A stretch of 41,764 nucleotides of DNA, counting the filler, from Bonamia ostreae (lineage: Eukaryota): the NCBI GenBank assembly GCA_040357525.1. It is 20 parts of 20 records of this genome, joined end to end, with 100 filler letters (N's around TTAATTAATTAA, not from the genome) between each part and the next. Parts side by side here need not be neighbours in the genome. Positions count along the whole stretch, not along the records: positions 20,924 to 41,764 come from JBDODL010000002.1; 19 more parts are not named here. One strand, 5' to 3'. Positions 25,599 to 37,060 of the stretch are shown here, piece after piece. Numbering within the stretch: position 1 is the stretch's first letter; each line of letters opens with the position of its first letter. The notes below the pieces were generated by a model, which was not told where the DNA came from, searched no databases, and worked only from the letters and a program-made list of their open reading frames with translations. Made by a program: the position numbers and the translations under genes.

Positions 25599-26601
25599 GA
25601 GAAATTTTGATGAATTAATGACTGCTCGATTTCTATATGCTTTTAGACCTCGTCAATTTTTTAAAGGTCGTAGAATTCGTTGATTTTATTGAAGTGTCCG
25701 TATTTTTTTATGTTGTCATAGACTTATTTGTTATTACGTATACTTTTATAATAATCCTATTTTAATGGAACATGGGGATTATATTGAAAAAAAAAAAATA
25801 AGGCCTATATCTAGGATAAGGAATTTTCGTTTTTTTGATCGTTCTTTAAGGCAACACCTTAGTTTTTTCTATGATAAAGATTATATTCATTATCATGTTT
25901 TAAGTATTTATTATCATAAAAATTTTTATTTTATAAATTCTAATAATTACTATAAACTTTTTCTTAAGAAGAATAATGTTTTTTATTTTGAAGACGAGGA
26001 CTTTTTAAGCAAGTCTTTATTTTTATCAGATTTTTTATTCAAGGATTATATAGAAATATCACAATTTTGTGGATTCAGAGAAGGTCCTTCTCTTAGTAGA
26101 GGCGGTCTTATAAAGATGTATTCTTCTTTTATGGATTGATGATATTATTGAAGATTAATCTTTTTTAGAGGTCATCGAAAGCATCTTTTTTGATTGTGTT
26201 TGTTAGATTTAAGGGTTTATGGTGTTTGTTATAGTTATGGTTCTTTTTCAACAGTTTATCAGGATTTTGTTTCCTGGTATTCTTTATATGATAGTGAAGC
26301 TAGTCAAATGACGATTTATCTTAAATCTGCTATAATTAAACAAACTATTAAATACTGAGCTGAGTTAAAAATTGCCTTTATTTTCTTAGCTTCTTATAAT
26401 TTATTTTTACATGATAATGGCTGATGTGAGGGTGATTCAAAAAGGCTTTATAATAGTTTTCGAAGTGTTTTTTTAACTTATAAAATAAATTTTTATGGTT
26501 ATGAAATTATACAAAAAAAATTTTGGTGAAATATTAAACCCTTTCCAAATTCTTATGCATATGAGTTTTATGGCCCCTTTGCGCATACCCATAATTGATA
26601 A
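25582..26601 (+). CDS. Orphan ORF, 339 aa under UGA=Trp
   Basis: Continuous frame from ATG 25582 to TAA 26601 with many TGA codons; overlaps the cox2 end and the atp9 start. Confidence 0.7.
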
Positions 26602-26822
26602 TATTAGCAAGTAAACTTATCGCGGCAGGCCTCTGTGTCAGTGGCCTGGGCGCGGTGGGGGTGGGCATAGGTATTTTATTTTCTGGGTATTTATTATCTT
26701 TTTCTCGTAATCCTGGTTTGAAAAGTGAATTGTTTTCTACTTTAATATTAGGGTTTTCTTTAGTAGAAGCAATCGCTCTTTTTGGCCTCCTTATGGCCTT
26801 CCTACTTTTATTTGCTTTTTAA
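26595..26822 (+). CDS. atp9: ATP synthase subunit c (TTG start)
   Basis: GLGAVGVGIG, RNP loop, LGFSLVEAIALF with the proton-binding Glu. Confidence 0.97.
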   Translation: MIILASKLIAAGLCVSGLGAVGVGIGILFSGYLLSFSRNPGLKSELFSTLILGFSLVEAIALFGLLMAFLLLFAF

Positions 26823-26970
26823 AGCCCTACATTTTATTTATTTAAATTTCTAGAAGAATGTTTAGAAGATTTATTAAGTTTTTTATATTATATTTTCCCT
26901 TTTTTAGCACTTTTTTCTTTTTTTATATCTTCTAGTTATTTCTTCTTTTTATTTAAAAATTTAATTTTTT

Positions 26971-28092
26971 TTGGGTTTAGTTGATAGGGATGCAAGCTCT
27001 AATTGAATACCTACAGGTTATTTATCTTTTTCTGTTTTTGCTAATATTAGCTATGGTCAAAGGCAATTAATTGTTGGTGATAATAAATCTGGAAAAACTA
27101 ATTTAATGTCTAATATTTTAAAAAATATTTATGTTGATCATTTTTATACCTCTTTAAATGATTTAAACGTCTTAGCTTTTTATACTTTTATAAGTTCTTC
27201 TAAAAGTGAATTTGTTTACCATAAAAAAATGCATTTATTTTTAAATAAATTTTTTAATTTTTTTGTAAATGCTACCATTGGTCAAGAACCTTATTTTCAG
27301 TTTTATATCCCTCTTATTGTTTCTAATTTTTGTTTAAATATAGCTAGACAGGGTTCAAAAGCTCTTCATATTTTAGATAGCTTAGATAAACATGCAAAAA
27401 TTTATAGGAGTTTAATGCTAGATTTAAAAAGATCTCCCGGAAGAGAAGCCTATCCAGGTGATATTTTTTATATTCATTCAAGTTTATTAGAAAAGGGGGG
27501 ACATTTTTCTAATTTTTATGTTGGGGGCAGTTATACTTGTTTACCTATTGTAGAGACTCAGGAGGGTATTATTACTGATTATATTACTACTAATTTAATT
27601 TCTATTTCAGATGGTCAAATAATACTTTCTAAGGACTTGAGCTCTAAAGGTTTATTTCCTAGTTTTGATGCAGGGTTGTCTATTTCTAGACTTGGGTTTA
27701 CCACACAACCTTTTTTATTAAGATATTTAGGAGGTATTTTTAGAAGGATAATTTTTTCTTTCTCAAGTTTATCTGATTTAAAAAATAGTGGCGTTCTTTC
27801 AAAAAAAGATTTATTTTCTTATGATCAAGCAAGGAATGCTTATTTTTCTTTATTTTTACAAAAACCTTTTTCATATCTTAGATTAATAATTACATTATTT
27901 TTTTCAATTTTTTTACCTAATTATTTTTTATGTAATAATTCTAATAAATATTCTAAAATTATATCTTTTTTTCTATTAAAAAACTTTAATAAATATGCCT
28001 CTTTTTTATATTTAGCATCTTTTTCTAAAAATAAGAATAGTTTTAGAGCTTCTTTTAATTTTATGTGGTATTTATTGTTTAAAACATTTTAA
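26971..28092 (+). CDS. atp1: ATP synthase alpha subunit lacking the N-terminal domain (about 373 aa, probable TTG start)
   Basis: LGLVDR..WIPTG..GQRQLIVGDNKSGKT, PGREAYPGDIFYIHS, TNLISISDGQI, GLSISRLG. An in-frame TAA at 26962 lies just upstream. Confidence 0.93.
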
Positions 28093-28991
28093 TTAAATTT
28101 ATATATTCAATTATTAATCATTCTTTTTTTTTTAAATCTTCAAAAACTTGGAGTTATCTATTTGTATCTGCCTTTTTTTTAATATTTTTAATATTTCTGC
28201 AAACTTTTTCAGGAATTTTCCTTTCTTTAGGGGTTTGTAACCATTTATTTTTTATAAAAACTTTTCATTCCTTGGGAGCTACTCTTATAATGTTTTTTTC
28301 TTTTATACATATTTATAAAAATCTTTTTTTTAAAGTAGGTTCAGGGTTGAATGAATTTTCTACCTTTTTTTCTGGTGGCCTTGTATTTCTATTTTTAATT
28401 TTTATTTGTTTTACTGGTTCTATAGCACCTTGTGGTCAAATCTCTTATTGAGGTACTAAAGTTATTACAGGCTTTTTTGAAATAATTCCTTTTCTAGGTC
28501 ATCGTATTAAGTACGGAATTTGGGGGGATAAATTTATTTGTGAAAGTTTTGTCTTTCAAAGATTTTTTTTAATGCATGTTTTATTAGGGTGTTTTTTTTT
28601 ATTATTTCTTTTTTTTCATATATATTTTGCGCATAGTAAGAAATCTATTGTTTATCCATTAACTTCTTTAGAATTTTGTCAAAAAGTTTCTTTTATTTTT
28701 CCAGATACTTATATAAAGGATTTTAGTGCATTATTGTGTTTTATTTTCATAATTTCTATTTATTTTTACCTAGGTGATTTTTATTTTGAGGAAGATTTAA
28801 ACAAATCTCCAGTAACTTCAGAACAAACTCCTTTAAATATGAGGCCTTCGTGATATTTTTGAGTTAGTTTTTCCTCTTTAAAATATATTTCTTCTAAATT
28901 TTTTGGAATGCTTTTGAGTATTTTCTTATTGGTTTTTTGAATTTTTTCTATTTTCGATTGTAATTTTATTTTAGACTATTGTATTTTTTAA
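28086..28991 (+). CDS. cob: Divergent, shortened cytochrome b (about 300 aa, no ATG start)
   Basis: Four haem-ligand His (FHS, IHI, MHV, FHI), GQISYWG and PSWYF, with W encoded by TGA. Confidence 0.93.
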
Positions 28992-29629
28992 TAGAAATTT
29001 TAAATCTTTTTTCTATGTTATATTTTTCAAAATATTGATCAAATAATTTTCTTTTTTTTTCTAAATCTTACTTTTATTACATTTTCTCTCTTTTTTATGG
29101 TTATTTTTTATTAAATTTATTGGGTGAGAAGGATTCTTCTTTTTTAGTAAAAGAACTTTTCTTTATATTTATTTTTTATTCCTTTTTTTTAATTATTTCT
29201 TCTTTTATCTCTTTTTGTAATGATAGCTTTACTACTTCTTTCCTTAATTTATTATTAGAACTTTTTTTTATTACTTGGATAATAACTTATATCCCTGATT
29301 TTTTTATATATGGGTTAAAATCTTTTAATAATAAATTAATTTCTTTAGATAATTTTTTTTTTAAGTTTTTTAAATTTATTATAGAATTTTTTAGTTTTTT
29401 TATTAAATCTTTTGTTTTAAGTCTTCGTATAAATACTAACCTTATTTCAGGCCATTTATTATTTTCTATTTTATTTCTATTTTTTGAATTTTCTATTAGT
29501 TTATTTTCTAATATTTTTTCATTTTATATTTTAATTTTTCTTTTTATTTTAGAATTTTTTATTATTTTCATACAGTGTTATGTTTTGTTTTTACTTCTTA
29601 TTATATATTTACAGGAAAATTTGCTTTAA
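28991..29629 (+). CDS. atp6: ATP synthase subunit a (start uncertain: 28979 TTG, 28991 ATA or 29015 ATG)
   Basis: FLLNLLG, IEFFSFFIKSFVLSLRINTNLISGHLL with the essential Arg, and LEFFIIFIQCYVL. Confidence 0.92.
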
Positions 29630-29631
29630 TT

Positions 29632-30954
29632 GTGATAAGAAGACGTAAACTTGTTAGAGTTAATAGACCTTTTTTAATTACTTATAAAAATTTTTCTTGA
29701 AAAAAATATTTTTTTATTAAAAATTCTTGTTTTAATCCAATTTTATATAATTGTATTAATAATAATTTTTTAAAAACTCTTGCAAGATTTCATTCCTGTG
29801 ATTTTTCGATAAAAAATGATCCTTCTTTTTTAGTCAATAGTGCTTCTTATATCGATACTTCTTATTACTTTTATTCTAATAATTTTTTTTTATTTTCGAG
29901 ACTAGTAAAAACTCTTCTTTGTAGAAGATTAAATTGGGTAAAGGTTCGTAAGATTTCTAATTATTTTATAAGAGGTTCATTGCCTGTAAGGTTTATAAAA
30001 AAATCTTATTTTTTTAATTATATAAATAAAATAAATTATTTATACTGTAAATGATCTGGCAAATATTCTATAAGATCTTTTAATTTTTCTAGATTTAGGG
30101 AATATTTTCTATTTTCTAATAAAAATTATTTACCTTTTAAACGTACTCCTTATCATTTAAAAATTTCTTTCTATAATGAAAGAAGGCTTACTTTCTTTTT
30201 TAACTTAAGAAAGTTTATATTGTCTTCTCTTTTTTATAAGGGAGGTGTTTTCTTTCTCTTTAATTATAAAAAGTTTTTACGTAATTTTCTTCCAATAAGT
30301 CTTAAAAGAAGTCTTAAGAGGTTGAGAAATTCTTTATCTTTTAATACCGAAACTCTTTTTTATCTATCCTTACAAAAGGATTTTAGGTTTTTATTTAAAT
30401 ACTTTTATAGAAGAAATTTTGGTTATTTTTTTAAACGTTATTTTAAATTTAGGAAAGTTATTAGAAGGCCTCGTTATAAAAAGTTTTTAATATTTTATTA
30501 TAGGGATTTATTTTTTTATTCAAAAAAAATATATTTTCTTGATTCTTTAATTTCTAGGAATATTTTACAAAATTTTATAAATAAGAATGTTATTTTTCTC
30601 CCAAATTATTTTATAAAATTTAATAAATCTTTTTTATATTTTCCAAACACTTTTTTATTTAGTTATTCTGGTAGAAGAAGTTATTATAGAAATTTTTATT
30701 TATCTTTACATGGTCCAATAATTTTAAATCTTTTTTTAATTTATTATCTATTTATTAAAAATAATTTTTTTTTTGATTTATCTGAAAATGTAGGGGTTTC
30801 TAATATGTTAAATTTTTATGTGGTTTCTTATTTTCTTAATAAATCTTTTTATTATTTCGGGTCTAGTTATTTTTTAAAAAATGTTAGTAATGATTCTTCT
30901 AATTTTTTAACTAATTATCATTTTTTAAAATATTCTCATTTTTATGACTTATAA
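29632..30954 (+). CDS. Basic 440-aa ORF (GTG start, UGA=Trp), possibly a divergent ribosomal protein S4
   Basis: Uninterrupted K/R/F/Y-rich frame. LQKDFRFLFKYFY...YYRDLFFYSKKIYFLDSL...QNFINKNVIF weakly recalls the S4 core. Confidence 0.45.
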
Positions 30955-31690
30955 AAAAATATCTTTTAAACTTAAAATTAAACCTTCTTTTAAGTATTGT
31001 TTTCGATTAAAACGTTTTTATAAAGTTCATTATATTTTTAATAAATCTAAATTGTTTACTTCACTTTCATATAAAGTTTTTCCAAAACCCTTTTTTAATA
31101 AAACTACTTTTTTAACTAATGAGTGTTTTAAGCTAAGTAAAACTACTTATTTTGGGTATTCTCTATATTATTTTTCTGGTAAAAAAGGTTTTTGAGTTCT
31201 TTTAAAATATATTTCTTTTTTTAAAATAAAACGTTTATTAGGTTTTATGAATGTGTATTTAGAAGGTTATCAGGTTTTTTATTTTTATCTTTGTCTTTTT
31301 ACCGATGTCTTTTTTAGTTGAGAATCAAGTACATTATTTACTAATTTTTATTTATTAAATTCTTTTCTTCTTTGAGAAAGGCGTCAACTTTTGTGGTGAG
31401 TTAGGCTTAGTTCTAAGGTATATTATTCTTTTTATCTTCTTGGAGAAGGCCCTGTTTTTAAACGTTTAAAATATTTTTCTTTAAATAAATTAACTATTTA
31501 TAGAAAAGGCCGTTTATTAAATGTTAAATGATGTCGTAATTTATTTATTAATAAACTTCCAGGGTTTTCTTTAGTTAAAAATCCTTATAATAAAATAGGT
31601 TCCTATTATTCCTTTGATGTGAAAGAATATACTTCTATATGAGGTTCATATAGTATTTCTGTAAATATAAATTATAGTGTTAAGTTTTAA
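30944..31690 (+). CDS. rps3: Ribosomal protein S3-like, 248 aa
   Basis: C-terminal LTIYRKGRL...YTSIWGSYSISVNI matches the S3 C-domain (IKI..SGRL...TKYG.IGVKVWI); the frame is continuous through TGA codons. Confidence 0.7.
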
Positions 31691-32219
31691 TAATTTTTTT
31701 TTCAAATTTTCCAAATTTGCTTCTTATTTGTATGAAGTTGTTAATTTTAATAATAAAACGCTTTTTTCTTTTGGTTTAAGACTCTTTATCTTAAGTGAGT
31801 TATTAATTTTTTTAACGTTAATACTTTCTTATTATTATTCTCTTTGTAATTTAGCTCCTTGTTTTGATATTTTTTTATTTCATTCTTCTTTTATCTTTGA
31901 TTCTATAAATTTTTATTTAGGACAATATTTTTTAATTTTTTTACTAAGTTTTTTATTATTTAGTATTAAAAATACTTGTTATATTATTTCTTCTTTTGTT
32001 ATAAATAATAATTCTATTCTTTCTTTTTTTGATTATATAAATTTTGTTTTAAATATATCTCTTATTTTTATTTTTATTCAGTTTTTTGAATTTTTTTCAC
32101 AGAGTTTTTGTATTTTTGATAGTAGTTTTGGGGTTTTTTTCTATGAAATTTTAGGGTTACATTGTTTTCATGTTTTTCTTGGAACTATTTTTACTATTTA
32201 TGGGTTTAAAAGACTTTAA
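31677..32219 (+). CDS. cox3: Cytochrome c oxidase subunit 3, central fragment (helices 3-6)
   Basis: GLRLFILSE, FIQFFEF, IFDSSFGVFFYEILGLHCFHVFLG. Stops flank it at 31668 and 32217. Confidence 0.88.
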   Translation: MLSFNNFFFKFSKFASYLYEVVNFNNKTLFSFGLRLFILSELLIFLTLILSYYYSLCNLAPCFDIFLFHSSFIFDSINFYLGQYFLIFLLSFLLFSIKNTCYIISSFVINNNSILSFFDYINFVLNISLIFIFIQFFEFFSQSFCIFDSSFGVFFYEILGLHCFHVFLGTIFTIYGFKRL

Positions 32220-32227
32220 TAAAAATT

Positions 32228-32914
32228 ATGAATTATAGTAGTACTTTTTTTAATTGATTATTTAGGAAATATAAGGTTATTTCAAACCATAAGGCTTTTA
32301 AAATTTTTATACAAATTTTTATGTTTTTTTGTAAATATTTAAATAAGTTAACTTTTGTTGCAATTACTGTTTTACTGGTTAGCGGGGTATGGAAAGAGTT
32401 GTCTGAATTTAGGATCTATATTTTTATTGTAAAGTATTTAAAAATTTTTCTTTTAAAAATTATTTCTGGAAGGGCTGAAGATTATTTAGTACAAGAGTGG
32501 TATCCGCGTAATAAAGATCTTTTTATTCTAGCAGCTCCTAGGGAAATTTATTTACTTTTACGCCCATATTTAAAAAAATTTTACCTGCGTTATTATGTAA
32601 AGAATAAGGGTTGCCTTCTTAGTGGTCTTTTTTTTAATCTTTGGGAGGATACTGCTGAGGGAATGTCTAGATCTTTTTGATGACAGCCATTATATTTACC
32701 AGTATATATTTGTTTTTATTCTTATGCAATTGTTTTTGTACCCCCATATCTTATATATTTTACTATAACTCAGACTATTATTTTTCTAAAAAATTATTAT
32801 ATTTGAGCTAAAAAAGCTTCTTGATATGCGGTAATAAAAAGTCTTTTAATTTTTTGTTTTCGAATTTTTTTAATATTTATGACCTGATATTTTTGAAATT
32901 ATTATGTGATTTAG
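32228..32914 (+). CDS. Orphan membrane ORF, 228 aa under UGA=Trp
   Basis: ATG 32228 to TAG 32914, continuous through TGA codons. Confidence 0.65.
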
Positions 32915-32924
32915 AATACGCTTT

Positions 32925-33470
32925 ATGTTATTTTTACTTTTTAGTAATAGTAATTTTTTTTCATTTCTTTATCTTTGATTTATATATATTATTACAAGTT
33001 ATTATTTTTGAATATTTATTTTCTTCTATTCTTTATTTTTTATCCCTCTTTTTTTTAAAAGGTTTCGCGCTTACATAATTATTTTCTTTAAATTAATTTT
33101 TTATCTTTTCATGATATTATTAACTATTTTTATTTTTTATCTTCTTTATATTTATTTGATGGAATTTTATTTTGACCCTTGTATATATTTTGCTACTATT
33201 CTTTTTCTTTTGAAATATTATATTCTTATATACTTAATTACCTTTTTTATTCATTTTAAAGAATCCTTTAAATCAGTAATGTTTACCATTTTCTTTTATT
33301 ATTTTAAATTTATTATTTCACTTAGAGTTTTTATTATTAATTTTCCTATAAATCCTAAATATTTAGCTTTTAAGAAATTTATATTTACTCGATGAGTTCA
33401 GGAAAGTATATTTATTTTCTTCTATGGTATGTTTACTTCAATAGGTTATGATATTATGCGCTTTAATTAA
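32925..33470 (+). CDS. Orphan hydrophobic ORF, 181 aa under UGA=Trp
   Basis: ATG 32925 to TAA 33470, tiling directly after the previous ORF. Confidence 0.55.
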
Positions 33471-33564
33471 TATTTTTAATATTGTCCTATTTTCTCTTTA
33501 AGAATATTTTTACTTTAAAAAAATTCCTTTGTATATTATTGATAAATTTAATCGTGTTTTTGTA

Positions 33565-33771
33565 ATGCCTTTAATTCGTTGAAATCTTTTTTATTTTAAT
33601 ATGAGTCTTTTAATAAATAATTTATTAATATGTTTGCTTTTTGATATTATTTTTGTATTTATATTTATAATGCCTTTAGTAGTAATTTTAATGGTTTATT
33701 ATTTTTTTATATTATTTTATTTGTATACTTATTTAAATAGATCTATTTTTTATAATAAAAGATTAATTTAG
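33565..33771 (+). CDS. Small hydrophobic ORF (68 aa; frame open from 33502)
   Basis: Fills the gap before cox1; no motif recognised. Confidence 0.3.
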
Positions 33772-33788
33772 TTTTTTATTTATATAAT

Positions 33789-35315
33789 ATTATTCATTCT
33801 TTTTTTAATTATATTAATTTTTTTTATTTCTTTAAATATATTTCTTCTTTAGATCATAAAAGGATTGGTTTATTATATTTATTTTTTGGTATTTTTTGTG
33901 GGTTTTTGGGAACTTATTTATCAGGTATTATACGTATTGAACTTATTTATCCATACCCTTATATTTTGAGTGGGGCTAATTTAGCTTATAATGTAGTTGT
34001 TACTGCTCATGGAATTATAATGGTTTTTTTTGCAACTATGCCAATATTTTTAGGAGGGTTTGGTAATTATTTTATTCCTTTAATGATAGGCTGTCGTGAT
34101 ATGTCTTTTCCTAGGTTAAATAATATGGCTTTTTATATTCTTGTAATGTCTTTTTTCGTTTTATTGCTTTCTAGCGGTTCTTTATTAGGTTTTTTTCAAG
34201 GCCCTTCATTTGGGTGAACACTCTACCCACCCCTTTCTATTATAACACCAGGAGTTTCTTTAAATCTTTTTATTATTTCTTTACATTTAAATGGCGTTTC
34301 TTCTATTATAAATTCTATTAATACTTTGGTAACAATACACTTCTGTTCTTCTATAGGTTTGTGACATCTTGGTTTGTTTATTTGAAGTCTTTTAATTACT
34401 TCTTATTTAGTTTTATTAGTTATGCCTATTTTAGTTGTAGCAATTACTACTTTATTAGCCGATAATATTTTAGGAACTTGTTTTTTTATTGTTTCTGGAG
34501 GAGGTGATCCTATATTATTTCAACATCTCTTTTGACTTTTTGGTCATCCTGAAGTATATATACTTATATTACCTTCTTTTGGGCTTGTAAGTGAATTTTT
34601 ATCTGAGAGATCTAGCTCTTTATTAATAGGTCATTTACTCATGATTTGGTCTATGCTTACTATTGGTTTATTAGGTTGTATTGTTTGAGGACATCATATG
34701 TTTACTACAGGCCTTTCTGTTGATTCTAGTGCTTTTTTTACTATAGTTACTACTTTAATAGGTCTTCCTACAGGCCTTAAAGTTTTAATATGATTAGGTG
34801 CTTTTTTAAAAACTCCATTTAAAATCGATATTCCAGTAGCTTTTTCTTTAGCTTTTATATTTACTTTTACTATGGGAGGTCTTACAGGTATTTGTTTAGC
34901 TCAAGCAGGCCCTGATTTAGCTTTACATGATACTCATTTTGTTGTAGCCCATTTTCATTATGTAATGGCAATCTCTATTATACATATGTTTTTTGGGGCT
35001 GTTTATAACTGGTATTTTCTCTGAACAGGTCTTCAATATAATCATTCTTATGCCTGAGCTCATTTCTTAAGTTTTTTTATCGGAACTCACTTAATATTTT
35101 TTCCAATGCATTTTGCTGGGTTATTAGGAATGCAGCGCAGGGTTGCGGAATATTATTTTTCTTTTTATATCTGAAATTTTTTCAGTAGTTTAGGTTTTTT
35201 TATTACTTTATTTTCTCTATTTTTCTTTATATTAGCTTTAAGCCCTCTTTTAAGGAATTTGACTCATAAACTTTGTCTTTTTTTTATATCTGGATTTCTT
35301 GATACTATCAAATAA
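33789..35315 (+). CDS. cox1: Cytochrome c oxidase subunit 1 (no ATG; ATT start, position uncertain)
   Basis: [74 protein letters not shown] at 35313. Confidence 0.98.
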
Positions 35316-35430
35316 ACCTCTTTTAAATTGAAGTACTTGGTATTATCATTTTTTTCAGTTTTTTTATTACTATTGAGAAATGGTTGATTTTGTTTGATTA
35401 TTCTTACTTCTTTTTATATATATTTCTTAA
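35299..35430 (+). CDS. cox3: cox3 C-terminal fragment (helix 7), about 43 aa from TTG
   Basis: YYHFFQFFYYYWEMVDFVWLFLLLFIYIS* versus canonical [22 protein letters not shown]; both motif W are TGA. Absent from the ORF track. Confidence 0.8.
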
Positions 35431-35441
35431 TATTTTTATAA

Positions 35442-35708
35442 ATGTTTTACGATTATTTTTTTCCTTTTTCAAAAATGTTTAGTAAAAATTCTATGGTATT
35501 TGGTGCCGTAGGATTGAGTTCGGGTTCTTATTTATCAGGTACTTCTGATAATGTATTTTCTTCTTATGGCGAAAATATAGGCATTATTGCGAGTTTATCA
35601 AGTAATGGTAAAATATACTCTTATAAAACTGGAAATTTATTTTCAATAGATTCAAAAAATCCTTATTTTTTTTCTATACTTAGGTATTTTTTTATATACA
35701 TTAGATAA
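35442..35708 (+). CDS. 88-aa ORF resembling the ATP synthase alpha N-terminal beta-barrel
   Basis: MVFGAVGLSSG...GENIGII...YKTGNLFSI versus RVYGLNEIQAG...NENVGIV...KRTGSIVDV. Confidence 0.5.
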   Translation: MFYDYFFPFSKMFSKNSMVFGAVGLSSGSYLSGTSDNVFSSYGENIGIIASLSSNGKIYSYKTGNLFSIDSKNPYFFSILRYFFIYIR

Positions 35709-35899
35709 TATATAGCTTAGGTAGCTATATATTTTTATATTTTAATTTTTTTATTTATTTTTTTAAATATTTTTAAGGATTGGGACTATTTTCTTCATTT
35801 AAATAGTGGGTATATTAGCACATTTTTTTATTACTAATATTTTTTTATTAATAGATTGGGTGGGAGTGCTATATTTAGGTTATTTATATTTTTATTACT

Positions 35900-37048
35900 A
35901 TGATTTTTTTTGAATTTTTAAAATATTTGAATGATTATGTAACCAAATGGTTTAATGTTTTATTTTTATATGTTTCTTATTTTTTTATAAATAAATCTCT
36001 AGTAAGATTGATTTTAATTTCTATCCTTTTTTGATATTGTTTTTGTATTTCAATAATAGTTTTTTTTAGTTATTTATGGCATGTTTTTTGCTTTATTTAT
36101 TTTTTAGAAGTTTCTTTCTTTTTAATAAATTTTATTATTTGCAAAGCTTTATCCCTTTATTCATTATCTTTAAAACCTTTTTATTTTTTTATTTCTAAAT
36201 TATTTACTTTTAAGTTTTATTTTAAGGTATGTAAGAAAATAACTTTTTTAAATTTTTTTATTATTTATTTTAGTTATTTTTTTATAGCGTTATATGATTT
36301 TATTAACTTTATTCCTTATTTAATAATCTTTTCTTTTTATCTTTTATTTAGGTATTTTCTTGTACATCTTTCCTTTGTTTTTTCTACAACTAAACCACTT
36401 TTTCGTTTTTTAGATAGATTGTCTTTTTATATTTATTGAGAGTCTTTTTTTAATAGTAGTTTAGTTTATAAAGATATGTGTAAATTGAGTAGACATTTTC
36501 CACAAATATATCCTTTTTTATTACTTTTTTCAAAATTTAATTCTTCTTTTTATTTTTTTCCAACTGATGAAATTATGTATATTTGGTCTTTTGAAGCATT
36601 AATACATGCGTATATAAAATTACTAAGATTTTATCTCTTTTTTAGGCCTTTTATTATTTTTTTATATTATTTAGTCTATTTTCTTAAAATTTTATTAACT
36701 ACTTTTTTTATAGTATTATTTTTATATTTTAGTTTTTTAATTTTCCCTTATTTACCATGCTTTATTCCTAAAAATATTTTTTTCTTTTTTGAAAATATAA
36801 GTTTTTTTGAATATTTTTCTTGTTTTAATATTAAAGAATTTTTTTTAATAAATTCTTCTTTTTATATAATTTTTTTTTATGTTTCTGTCCTTATTTTTTA
36901 TATTTATTTTCTCATTTTCTTCCAGTATTCTTTTTTTTTAATTTATTTTGACTTATTTTTTGTAATTTTATTAATTTTTATTTTCTTTAGTTATTATTTA
37001 ATTAATTCAATCTTTCCTTTATTTTCTATCTTATTATTTAATTATTGA
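35900..37048 (+). CDS. Orphan very hydrophobic ORF, at least 382 aa under UGA=Trp
   Basis: Open from ATG 35900; F/L/I/Y-rich. It ends in TGA at 37046-37048, which would read Trp, so it may run to TAA 37060. Confidence 0.55.
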
Positions 37049-37060
37049 TTATTTTCTTAA

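Noticed and set aside
26053-26085. SQFCG in ORF339 as a cox2 CuA motif
   Set aside because: Lacks the first Cys, the Glu, and the downstream His and Met.
26823-26987. Possible atp8 between atp9 and atp1
   Set aside because: A short hydrophobic frame exists, but there is no MPQ-like start; unsupported.
35316-35708. C-terminal extension of cox1 into the in-frame 88-aa ORF
   Set aside because: TAA stops at 35313 and 35439 separate them.
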